Assembly: GCA_946620645.1 (NCBI GenBank)
Contig: CAMONN010000001.1
Coordinates: forward strand, 1 to 54,966
DNA from: an uncultured Clostridia bacterium
GTDB taxonomy: Bacteria; Bacillota; Clostridia; Oscillospirales; Oscillospiraceae
Reading direction: 5' to 3'
Length of the DNA: 54,966 bases
Shown here: one piece after another, positions 17,639-25,379 of the stretch
How the letters are laid out: each line of letters starts with the position of its first letter
Position numbering within the stretch: position 1 is the first letter of the stretch
Notes under the pieces: generated by a model
Databases searched by the model: none
What the model was told of the DNA's origin: nothing
What the model saw: the letters and a program-made list of their open reading frames with translations, nothing else
Translations under genes and position numbers: made by a program

Positions 17639-18166
17639 ATGAAAAATTTTCTGGTTGTGGTGGACATGCAGAAGGATTTCGTGGACGGAGCGCTCGGTAC
17701 CCCGGAAGCTGAGGCGATTGTGCCGGCGGTGCTTGAAAAGGTCCGCCGGTTTGAAGGCGATATCTTTGTGACCTATGACACCCATTTTGAAGATTATCTG
17801 GACACGCCGGAAGGAAAGAAGCTTCCGGTTCCGCACTGCATCTATGAAACGCCGGGCTGGCAGCTGACGGAGCCCCTGGAGGAACTGATGGAGGAGATCC
17901 CTCATTACAAGGTGCAGAAGTACACCTTCGGCTCTACCACACTGCCGCACCTGATGACCGAAGTGGCTGATGGAGAAGATTTCTCCATTGAGCTGATCGG
18001 ACTCTGCACGGACATCTGTGTGGTCAGCAACGCATTGCTGCTGAAGGCCTTCTTCCCCGAAGCGGAGATTTCGGTGGATTCTTCCTGCTGCGCCGGGGTT
18101 ACGCCGGAGCTGCATGAGGCGGCCCTCAGAACCATGCAGAGCTGCCAGATTGATATTCTCGTATAA
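17639..18166 (+). CDS. Isochorismatase-family cysteine hydrolase, nicotinamidase (PncA)-like
   Basis: A candidate Asp-Lys-Cys triad is present (VVDMQKDF, KYTFGS, GLCTDICV). A PVPHC motif resembles the nicotinamidase metal site. Confidence 0.7.
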   Translation: MKNFLVVVDMQKDFVDGALGTPEAEAIVPAVLEKVRRFEGDIFVTYDTHFEDYLDTPEGKKLPVPHCIYETPGWQLTEPLEELMEEIPHYKVQKYTFGSTTLPHLMTEVADGEDFSIELIGLCTDICVVSNALLLKAFFPEAEISVDSSCCAGVTPELHEAALRTMQSCQIDILV

Positions 18167-18245
18167 AGCAGATTTCTGCGCTGCCAAAGGGCCTGCAGCC
18201 TCTGGAGCTGCCCCGGGCGGAGCGGGAATTTTTCTCAGGACAGGC

Positions 18246-18275
18246 TTGAAAAAGAAAGCCGTATCCGCTTATAAT
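18246..18275 (+). promoter_or_regulatory. SigA-type promoter for mgtE
   Basis: TTGAAA, 18-nt spacer, TATAAT. It predicts a leader of about 205 nt. Confidence 0.5.
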
Positions 18276-18339
18276 AACCGTGATAACGGGCGACCGTTAA
18301 CAGAAAAAACAGTGCAATAAACGAAGAAGGAGGAACGTC

Positions 18340-18420
18340 ATGGACAGTGGAAGTAGTACCGGCGGATCAGCAGGCCGAAGTCGGACGGAAGGCCACAGTC
18401 TGTGGGCTTTCCGCCTGTAA
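18340..18420 (+). CDS. Candidate 26-codon leader ORF in the mgtE 5' UTR
   Basis: AAGGAGGA SD, 5 nt, then ATG. Translation: MDSGSSTGGSAGRSRTEGHSLWAFRL*. It overlaps a strong 8-bp hairpin (18387-18412). There is no homology evidence. Confidence 0.3.
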   Translation: MDSGSSTGGSAGRSRTEGHSLWAFRL

Positions 18421-18489
18421 CCGTAATCGATGAACTTCAGCCTGCGCGTCGGGCTTCCCGCTTCAGACGAGATCTGAAAGGAGGAACCG

Positions 18490-19863
18490 ATGGCAGTACA
18501 CAGCGTAACGATGGAGAAGACCATTCTGGCGCTTCTCGAAGAGAAAAAGTACCAGACCCTGAAGGATGTTCTGGTGACTATGGAGCCTGCAGACATCGCC
18601 GCGGTGTTTGAAGAGCTGAAAGAGGAAAAGGTCCCGCTGCTTTTCCGGCTGCTGCCCAAGGAGACGGCGGCGGAAGCCTTTGCCGAGCTGGAGCCGGAGC
18701 GGCAGGAGCTGCTGATCCGCGGTTTTTCGGATACGGAGCTGCGGGAGGTTGTGAACGAACTCTACGTGGACGACGCCGCCGACCTGGTAGAGGAGATGCC
18801 GGCCAATGTGGTCAAGCGCATCCTTGCGCAGGCGGACCCCCAGATGCGGAAGGAAATCAACGAAATCCTTCGGTATCCCGAAAACTCCGCAGGCTCTATC
18901 ATGACGACGGAGTATGTTTCACTCCGTCCTGACATGACGGTTGCGGATGCGCTGACCCGTATCCGCCGCACGGGTGTCAACAAGGAAACCATTTACACCT
19001 GCTACGTGACCTCGGGGCGGAAGCTGCTGGGCGCGGTTTCAGTTAAGGACCTGCTGCTGGCGGAAGAGGACAGCACACCGGTTTCCGAGGTAATGGACGA
19101 AAACGTCATTTCCGTAAACACCCTGACCGACCAGGAAGAGGTTGCCCGGCTTCTCAGCAAGTATAACTTCCTGGCCCTGCCGGTGGTGGACACGGACGGC
19201 CGTATGGTTGGTATTGTGACCTTCGACGATGCGATGGACATCATCGTGGAAGAGACCACCGAAGACATTGAAAAAATGGCCGGTATGATTCCGTCGGAGA
19301 AGAGCTATCTCCGGTCCAACGCGTGGGAGCTTTTCAGGCACCGGATTCCCTGGCTTGCGCTGCTGATGGTGTCGGCGACGTTTACCGGCATGATCATTAC
19401 GGGATTTGAAAGCGCCCTGGCCGCGCAGGTGGCGCTCACCGCGTTTATCCCCATGCTGATGGATACGGGCGGCAACTCCGGTTCCCAGGCTTCGGTTACG
19501 GTGATCCGCGCTCTGAGTCTGGATGAGCTGGAGTTCCGGGATCTTCCGGTGGTAATCTGGAAGGAAATTCAGACGGCGGTCCTTTGCGGCGTTGCGCTGG
19601 CCACCCTGTGCTTTGTAAAAATCATGCTGGTGGACAGGCTGCTTCTGGGGAACACCGACATCAGCCTCCTGGTTGCCGCGGTGGTCTGCGTTACCATGGC
19701 CTTCACGGTGCTTATTGCCAAAATTGTGGGCTGTACCCTGCCGATGGCGGCAAAGAAAGTCGGCTTTGACCCGGCGGTGATGGCAAGTCCTTTTATTACC
19801 ACTATTGTGGATGCTCTGTCGCTGCTGGTATACTTTGGAATCGCCAGTGCTCTGCTGTTTTAA
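18490..19863 (+). CDS. mgtE: Magnesium transporter MgtE
   Basis: The N-domain, tandem CBS domains and C-terminal transmembrane domain with the PMLMDTGGNSGSQ motif are all present. The SD AAAGGAGGAA lies upstream. Confidence 0.9.
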   Translation: MAVHSVTMEKTILALLEEKKYQTLKDVLVTMEPADIAAVFEELKEEKVPLLFRLLPKETAAEAFAELEPERQELLIRGFSDTELREVVNELYVDDAADLVEEMPANVVKRILAQADPQMRKEINEILRYPENSAGSIMTTEYVSLRPDMTVADALTRIRRTGVNKETIYTCYVTSGRKLLGAVSVKDLLLAEEDSTPVSEVMDENVISVNTLTDQEEVARLLSKYNFLALPVVDTDGRMVGIVTFDDAMDIIVEETTEDIEKMAGMIPSEKSYLRSNAWELFRHRIPWLALLMVSATFTGMIITGFESALAAQVALTAFIPMLMDTGGNSGSQASVTVIRALSLDELEFRDLPVVIWKEIQTAVLCGVALATLCFVKIMLVDRLLLGNTDISLLVAAVVCVTMAFTVLIAKIVGCTLPMAAKKVGFDPAVMASPFITTIVDALSLLVYFGIASALLF

Positions 19864-19931
19864 GCAGGGAGAGAACAGGAATGAAAACAGAGTGTGCCGG
19901 AAGCAGCCCTCATTCAAATTGATTGATCTTC

Positions 19932-19959
19932 AGAGCCGGTCCAGAGACCGGCTCTTTAT
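19932..19959 (+). terminator. Rho-independent terminator after mgtE
   Basis: 10-bp perfect stem AGAGCCGGTC/GACCGGCTCT with a 4-nt loop, then TTTAT. Confidence 0.6.
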
Positions 19960-20031
19960 GAAACACGCAGGGCGGGACCGCAGCGGAACACAGCGGCGCG
20001 GATTCGTAAAAATGCGGGATCGGAGAGAAAA

Positions 20032-20796
20032 ATGGACAAAACCCAACTGAACACACTGCTTAATAAGGTTGCCTCGGGGGAAGTGAGCCCTGAGGATGCC
20101 GCGCTGGTTCTGAAAATGAAGCCGATTCAGGAAGTGGGGGAATACGCCAAAGTGGATCTGCACCGGGGTATCCGTCAGGGTGTTCCGGAAGTGATTTACG
20201 GGGCGGGGAAGACAAAGGAACACGTGCTGGGCATTGCAAAGACCATGCTGCAAAACGGCCAGAAAACGGTTCTGGTTACCCGGGTTACCCGGGAGACTGC
20301 GGACTTCGTCCGGGAGGGGCTTCCCTCCGAGGTGGCGCTGGACTACAATGAACTGGCAAAAACCTGCGTCATCGGAGAATGGCCTGCGCCGACCGGAGCG
20401 GGAAAGGTGGTCGTCGCCACCGGCGGCACCAGCGACATCCCCGTGGCCGAGGAAGCGGCGATTACGGCGGAAGTACTGGGCAACGAAGTCGTCAGGCTCT
20501 TTGATGTGGGGGTATCCGGTATTCACAGGCTGCTGTCACATATGGATGAAATCATGAGCGCCCGGTGCATTGTGGCGGTTGCCGGAATGGAGGGCGCGCT
20601 TCCCTCGGTGATCGGCGGTCTTGCGGACTGCCCGGTGATCGCCGTTCCTACCAGCGTGGGTTACGGCGCCTCACTGGGAGGGGTCGCGGCGCTGCTCAGC
20701 ATGCTCAATTCCTGTGCAAGCGGTGTGGCGGTGGTAAATATTGACAACGGCTTCGGAGCCGGATATATGGCCAGCATGATCAACCACCTGAAGTGA
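20032..20796 (+). CDS. larB: LarB, NaAD carboxylase/hydrolase (pyridinium-3,5-biscarboxylic acid mononucleotide synthase)
   Basis: DLHRGIRQGVPEVIYGAGKT followed by a PurE-like GGTSD...AGMEGALPSV core. Confidence 0.85.
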   Translation: MDKTQLNTLLNKVASGEVSPEDAALVLKMKPIQEVGEYAKVDLHRGIRQGVPEVIYGAGKTKEHVLGIAKTMLQNGQKTVLVTRVTRETADFVREGLPSEVALDYNELAKTCVIGEWPAPTGAGKVVVATGGTSDIPVAEEAAITAEVLGNEVVRLFDVGVSGIHRLLSHMDEIMSARCIVAVAGMEGALPSVIGGLADCPVIAVPTSVGYGASLGGVAALLSMLNSCASGVAVVNIDNGFGAGYMASMINHLK

Positions 20797-20805
20797 GGGA
20801 AGCCG

Positions 20806-21621
20806 ATGGGTCTGCTGCAGGAAAAAAACGAAGGGCTCAGGAAACTGCTTGCCGGTTACGGAAGACTTGCCGTCGCCTTTTCGGGCGGAGTTGATTCCAG
20901 CTTTCTGCTGGCGGCCGCAGCGGAGGTGCTGGGGGATCAGGTCCTGGCCGTCACCGCGGCGCCGGTCTTTGTGCCGCAACGGGAGCTGGAGGAAGCGGAA
21001 GCTTTTTGCCGGGAGAGAGGAATCCGGCAGGTGGTCCTTCCGGCGGGAGAACTGAATATTGACGGTGTCCGGCATAATCCGCCGGACCGCTGCTATCACT
21101 GTAAAAAGGAAATCTTCAGCAGGATTCGCAGAGCCGCCTCGGAGGAGGGCTTCCGCATTCTTGCCGAGGGCTCCAATCTGGACGACACCGGGGACTACCG
21201 ACCGGGGATGCGGGCGGTACGGGAACTGGGGGTTGTGAGCCCGCTGCTGGAAGCGGGACTTACCAAGGCGGAGATCCGGGAGCTTTCAAGGCAGATGTCT
21301 CTGCCCACCTGGGAAAAGCCGTCCTTTGCCTGTCTGGCGTCCCGCTTTGTATACGGAGAGACGATCACCGATGAAAAACTCCGTATGGTCGACCGGGCGG
21401 AACAGCTGATGCTGGACATGGGCTTCCGGCAGTTCCGTGTCCGCATACACGGGAACCTGGCACGGATAGAGCTGCTGCCGGAGGAACTGCCCAGGGCGAT
21501 GGAAGAGGAAAACCGCAGACGGATTTCGGAAAAACTGAAGGAATACGGCTTCTCTTATGTAACGATGGATCTGACCGGATACCGAAGCGGCAGCATGAAC
21601 GAGGTGTTGAAGCGGAAATGA
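20806..21621 (+). CDS. larE: LarE, ATP-dependent sulfur transferase (PP-loop ATP pyrophosphatase)
   Basis: PP-loop AFSGGVDSS. CxxC in DRCYHCKKEIF. The active-site Cys lies in PSFACLASRF. Confidence 0.85.
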   Translation: MGLLQEKNEGLRKLLAGYGRLAVAFSGGVDSSFLLAAAAEVLGDQVLAVTAAPVFVPQRELEEAEAFCRERGIRQVVLPAGELNIDGVRHNPPDRCYHCKKEIFSRIRRAASEEGFRILAEGSNLDDTGDYRPGMRAVRELGVVSPLLEAGLTKAEIRELSRQMSLPTWEKPSFACLASRFVYGETITDEKLRMVDRAEQLMLDMGFRQFRVRIHGNLARIELLPEELPRAMEEENRRRISEKLKEYGFSYVTMDLTGYRSGSMNEVLKRK

Positions 21622-22889
21622 GAATGATTTATCTGGATTGCAGCATGGGCGCCGCCGGAGATATGCTCACGGCGGCGCTGCTGGAACTGTGTGATGAACC
21701 GGACCGTGTGCTGGAGACCCTGAACCGCGCCTTCGCAGGCAGAGCGGTCCTCTCCGCAGAAAAGCAGAAAAAAATGGGACTTGCGGGTACCCGCATGCAT
21801 GTACTGGTGAACGGTACGGAAGAAGGGGAAGAGCCCTCTCATGAGGCTGCGCTGCCGAAGGACGGGCACGATCATCACGGTAACGGTCATGAACACCATC
21901 ACCATCACACTTCCCTGAAAGAAGTGCGGGAATTGATCGGCAGTCTGCCTCTGCCGGAAGAGGTTCTCAGCAACGCCATCGCCGTCTATGACGCAATTGC
22001 CGCGGCGGAAGCGACCGTGCACGGACAGGTGATGGAGAACATTCACTTCCACGAGGTCGGAACCCTGGACGCCATGGCGGATGTGGTCTCGGTCTGCTGT
22101 CTGATGCACGAACTGCAGGCGGAAAAGATCTGCGCGTCACCGGTTCATGTGGGCAGCGGGACCGTGCGCTGCGCCCACGGAGTGCTGCCGGTTCCGGCCC
22201 CGGCCACGCAGGAGCTGCTGAAAGGGATTCCCATCTACGGAGGGGAGATCCCCGGCGAGCTCTGCACGCCGACGGGTGCGGCGCTGCTGAAGCACTTTGT
22301 TTCTCAGTTCGGGAGTATGCCGATGATGCGGGTGTCAAAAATTGGCTACGGACTGGGGAAAAAGGACTTTCCCAGGGCCAACGGGTTGCGGGCAGTGCTC
22401 GGGGAGACCGGGGAAACCGGGAAGGAACAGGTTATTGAGCTGGCCTGCAACCTGGATGACATGACCGGGGAAGAGCTGGCCTTCGCGCAGGAGCAGCTGT
22501 TTCTGGAAGGCGCGCTGGATGTAACCTTTACCAGCATCGGTATGAAAAAAAGCCGCCCCGGCGTCATGCTGACCTGCATGTGCAGACCGGAACAGCGGGA
22601 TCAGATCCTCCGGAGTCTTTTCAGGAACACCACCAGCCTGGGGGTGCGGGAATATGTCTGCAACCGCTATGTGATGAAGCGGGAGATGCGGACGGAGCAT
22701 ACGGAATACGGGCCGGTGCGCATCAAGCGCTCGGAGGGCTGCGGCACAGTCCGGGAGAAGGCAGAGTTTGAGGATCTGAAAAAAATCGCGCAGGAGCATG
22801 GGCTGCCCCTGCGGGAAGTCAGAGATCGGGTAGATACGTTCACCGGGACTCCTGAGGCCGGACGGCATCCTGAAGCCCGGAAGCCATGA
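21618..22889 (+). CDS. larC: LarC, nickel insertion protein (NPN cyclometallase)
   Basis: N-terminus IYLDCSMGAAGDM. His-rich tract HDHHGNGHEHHHHH. HFHEVG motif. The start overlaps the larE stop (ATGA). Confidence 0.85.
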   Translation: MRMIYLDCSMGAAGDMLTAALLELCDEPDRVLETLNRAFAGRAVLSAEKQKKMGLAGTRMHVLVNGTEEGEEPSHEAALPKDGHDHHGNGHEHHHHHTSLKEVRELIGSLPLPEEVLSNAIAVYDAIAAAEATVHGQVMENIHFHEVGTLDAMADVVSVCCLMHELQAEKICASPVHVGSGTVRCAHGVLPVPAPATQELLKGIPIYGGEIPGELCTPTGAALLKHFVSQFGSMPMMRVSKIGYGLGKKDFPRANGLRAVLGETGETGKEQVIELACNLDDMTGEELAFAQEQLFLEGALDVTFTSIGMKKSRPGVMLTCMCRPEQRDQILRSLFRNTTSLGVREYVCNRYVMKREMRTEHTEYGPVRIKRSEGCGTVREKAEFEDLKKIAQEHGLPLREVRDRVDTFTGTPEAGRHPEARKP

Positions 22890-24522
22890 TGTTCAGCTCC
22901 TCGGGCCGGAGCTTCAAAACCGCACGGTCGAAGGTGAAGAGGCCGTTGGTCTCATCCTCCACATCGGAGACCTGCGTATAAACCGCCCCGCAGAGTCCCT
23001 GCCGGGCGAGGGGGACAAGGGAGGCATAGAGCGCCCGGATCCCCCGGACAAAATCCGCCCGGGTTTTGTAAATGCGGTAGCCGTAGGTTTTTTCGGTATT
23101 AAAGCTGTGTTCCGGAATCTTCCAGACATAGCCGCCGAACTCCGAGAGAAGCTGGGGCAGCCGCTTCTGCCGGCCGAGCCTGAGCCTGCCGAAGTAGATG
23201 TGCTGGCTGTCCACGTCCGTCGCCTTCTGATGAAACCATCCGGAAGTGCTGTCCACAAAACGGCCCGGGTCCAGCGCCTTCAGCCTGCGGAAGGCGTCAT
23301 CCGCGCAAAACTGACCCCAGCCCTCATTAAAGATGGTCCACAGGCAGATGCAGGGATGGTTTCGCAGGTGACGGACGGTCTCCTCCATGGCGGACAGAAA
23401 AATCCGCCGGCTCTCGGCATCCGGATGAAGCCTGCGGTCGGAGCGCCGTTTTAAACGGACGGTCGGGAGAACGGTATCCCGGAGATACCGGTAGTCCCCG
23501 TTGTTCACCATATCCTGAAATACAATCATCCCGAGCCGGTCGCAGTCGTAGTAAAACTGCTCCGGCTCAATTTTGATGTGCTTGCGCAGGGTGTTATAGC
23601 CCAGGGACTTCATGGCGAGGATGTCCTTTTCAAAGCCCTGAGGGCCTGAGGGCGTGTAGAGCCCGTCACTCCAGTAGCCCTGGTCCAGCAGGGCGTTGAA
23701 GAAATACGGTTTCCCGTTCAGGCAGAGACGGGGAATGCCGTTGAAAGATTCGCTGGTCAGAGAGCGCAGGGCGAAATAGGATTCCACCCGGTCTTCACCC
23801 GCAATGAGGGTGAAGGGATAGAGGTGCGGGTCTTCCGGGGACCAGAGATGAGGGCTTGGGATGGAAATCCGGACAGCGCCGCCGGAGAGAGGATATTCTC
23901 TGCCGTCCAGAAGTACGGCGCCTTCCCGGATGCCGTCCGCCCGAATTGAAACCCAGTCGCTGCCGCAGTCAATCTGAAGCGAGCGGACGCAGGCCTCCGG
24001 TACAGGCTCCAGCCAGACAGTCTGCCAGATGCCGGAGCAGGGGGTGTACCACATACCGCCGCGTTTTACAGTCTGTTTGCCCCAGGGATAGCGGGGGTCC
24101 AGATCATTGATTACCCGGATGCACAGCTCGTTCCCGTCCGGCCGCAGAGCCCCGGTGATGTCAACGGAGAAGGGAAGATAGCCGTTTTCATGACGGCAGA
24201 GCAGCTGCCCGTTTATCAGTACGGACGTATCCCGCATCACGGCGCCGAAGTGCAGCAGGATTCGACGGCCGGACCAGGCCTCGGGGACGGAAAAGCTGCG
24301 GCGGTAGAGCATTTCCTGCCCGATGACCGGAGCCTCCGTCACCCCGGAAAGAAGACTTTCCGGACAGAAGGGTACGCGGACAGCGCCGTGCACGCCGCCG
24401 GATTCATAATCCCAGATGCCGTTGAGACAGAGCCATTCCTTTCTCCGCATCTGGGGCCGGGGATAGCTGTTCCAGGGAACCTCCGGCAGGGTTCTCCCTT
24501 CGGCGGTGAATAAAGTCTGCAT
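22840..24522 (-). CDS. Glycoside hydrolase family 2 (beta-galactosidase / beta-glucuronidase-like)
   Basis: The sugar-binding N-domain is present (LNGIWDYE). The TIM barrel carries the acid/base WTIFNEGWG. I chose the start at 24522, which follows AAAGGAGAA; the upstream ATG at 24549 lacks an SD. Confidence 0.8.
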   Translation of the reverse strand: MQTLFTAEGRTLPEVPWNSYPRPQMRRKEWLCLNGIWDYESGGVHGAVRVPFCPESLLSGVTEAPVIGQEMLYRRSFSVPEAWSGRRILLHFGAVMRDTSVLINGQLLCRHENGYLPFSVDITGALRPDGNELCIRVINDLDPRYPWGKQTVKRGGMWYTPCSGIWQTVWLEPVPEACVRSLQIDCGSDWVSIRADGIREGAVLLDGREYPLSGGAVRISIPSPHLWSPEDPHLYPFTLIAGEDRVESYFALRSLTSESFNGIPRLCLNGKPYFFNALLDQGYWSDGLYTPSGPQGFEKDILAMKSLGYNTLRKHIKIEPEQFYYDCDRLGMIVFQDMVNNGDYRYLRDTVLPTVRLKRRSDRRLHPDAESRRIFLSAMEETVRHLRNHPCICLWTIFNEGWGQFCADDAFRRLKALDPGRFVDSTSGWFHQKATDVDSQHIYFGRLRLGRQKRLPQLLSEFGGYVWKIPEHSFNTEKTYGYRIYKTRADFVRGIRALYASLVPLARQGLCGAVYTQVSDVEDETNGLFTFDRAVLKLRPEELNIMASGLQDAVRPQESR

Positions 24523-24575
24523 CCAGGTTCTCCTTTTCTCCTGATTCATCAGCGGTTGTGACGGGCGGCAGGGCC

Positions 24576-25148
24576 TCAGGCGGACCCGCCCATCGGAGCG
24601 GGCACCGTGAAGGCTCCGTCCCTGTAATCCAGTGTATAGATGGCGCAGTTGCCGATGTATGTGGACCAGTACCTGCCTCCGGACTCCGGAGTCAGATACT
24701 CCAGGATGCCCTTCATGGCAATGGCGTGGGTGGAAATGAGAATATGATCCTGTTTCCGGCAGTGCTCCTCCATAAAGGCGCCGGTGCGGAGAATCACCTG
24801 CTCCAGAGGTTCCATACCGGCGGGCGCCGGCCGGTGTACAAAATCGCGGAAGAAGGCGAGCACTTCCGGGTCGGGGTTGGAAAGGTCCATTTCCTCATAG
24901 GGGCCGTAGTCCATCTCAATCAGACGCTCGTCGAGAATCGGCTGACGGCCGGGAACAAGGATCTGTGCCGTCTGCACGGCCCGCTTCAGAGGGCTTGAAT
25001 AGACGGCGGAAAAGGACACGTCCTTCAGCCGAAGCGCGGCCTCTTCTGCCTGGGCGATACCGGCACGGTTCAGCGGGTGATCGCTTCTCCCCTGGAGGAC
25101 CCGGCGGCTGTTCAGTTCTGTCTGTCCGTGACGGACGATATAAATCAT
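24576..25148 (-). CDS. Histidine phosphatase family protein (phosphoglycerate-mutase-like)
   Basis: MIYIVRHGQTELN (RHG motif) ... SSPLKRAVQTA ... STHAIAM. The start is uncertain (25148 or 25193). Confidence 0.8.
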   Translation of the reverse strand: MIYIVRHGQTELNSRRVLQGRSDHPLNRAGIAQAEEAALRLKDVSFSAVYSSPLKRAVQTAQILVPGRQPILDERLIEMDYGPYEEMDLSNPDPEVLAFFRDFVHRPAPAGMEPLEQVILRTGAFMEEHCRKQDHILISTHAIAMKGILEYLTPESGGRYWSTYIGNCAIYTLDYRDGAFTVPAPMGGSA

Positions 25149-25379
25149 GGAGCTGCCCCCTGCTTTACCGGACCCGGAGGTCTTTTTTCGCATGAGGATA
25201 TTGTAGCAGATTCGGCCCGGATCGACAAGAATGCCGGATGAAAAAACGGCAGGGGAGCTCTGAAGGCAGAATTCAGCAATTAAGACTGTTGCCAAAAGGC
25301 AAAGATTCCTGTAAAATGGCTTAAAAGCATATCCATAATGGATACTGTTTCCGAAAAACCATACGGAAAGGAGAAAAAT

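Noticed and set aside
18283-18489. An M-box (Mg2+) riboswitch, which would be expected upstream of mgtE.
   Set aside because: I could not find any of the conserved M-box core sequences by eye. I report the leader as unassigned rather than calling a riboswitch. A covariance-model search is needed.
19957-20031. A possible NiCo-type metal riboswitch before larB, suggested by the strings GCAGG, CGGGAC and CACAGC.
   Set aside because: The segment is only about 75 nt, too short for the four-way-junction aptamer as I remember it. The match rests on short GC-rich strings that occur by chance at this GC content.
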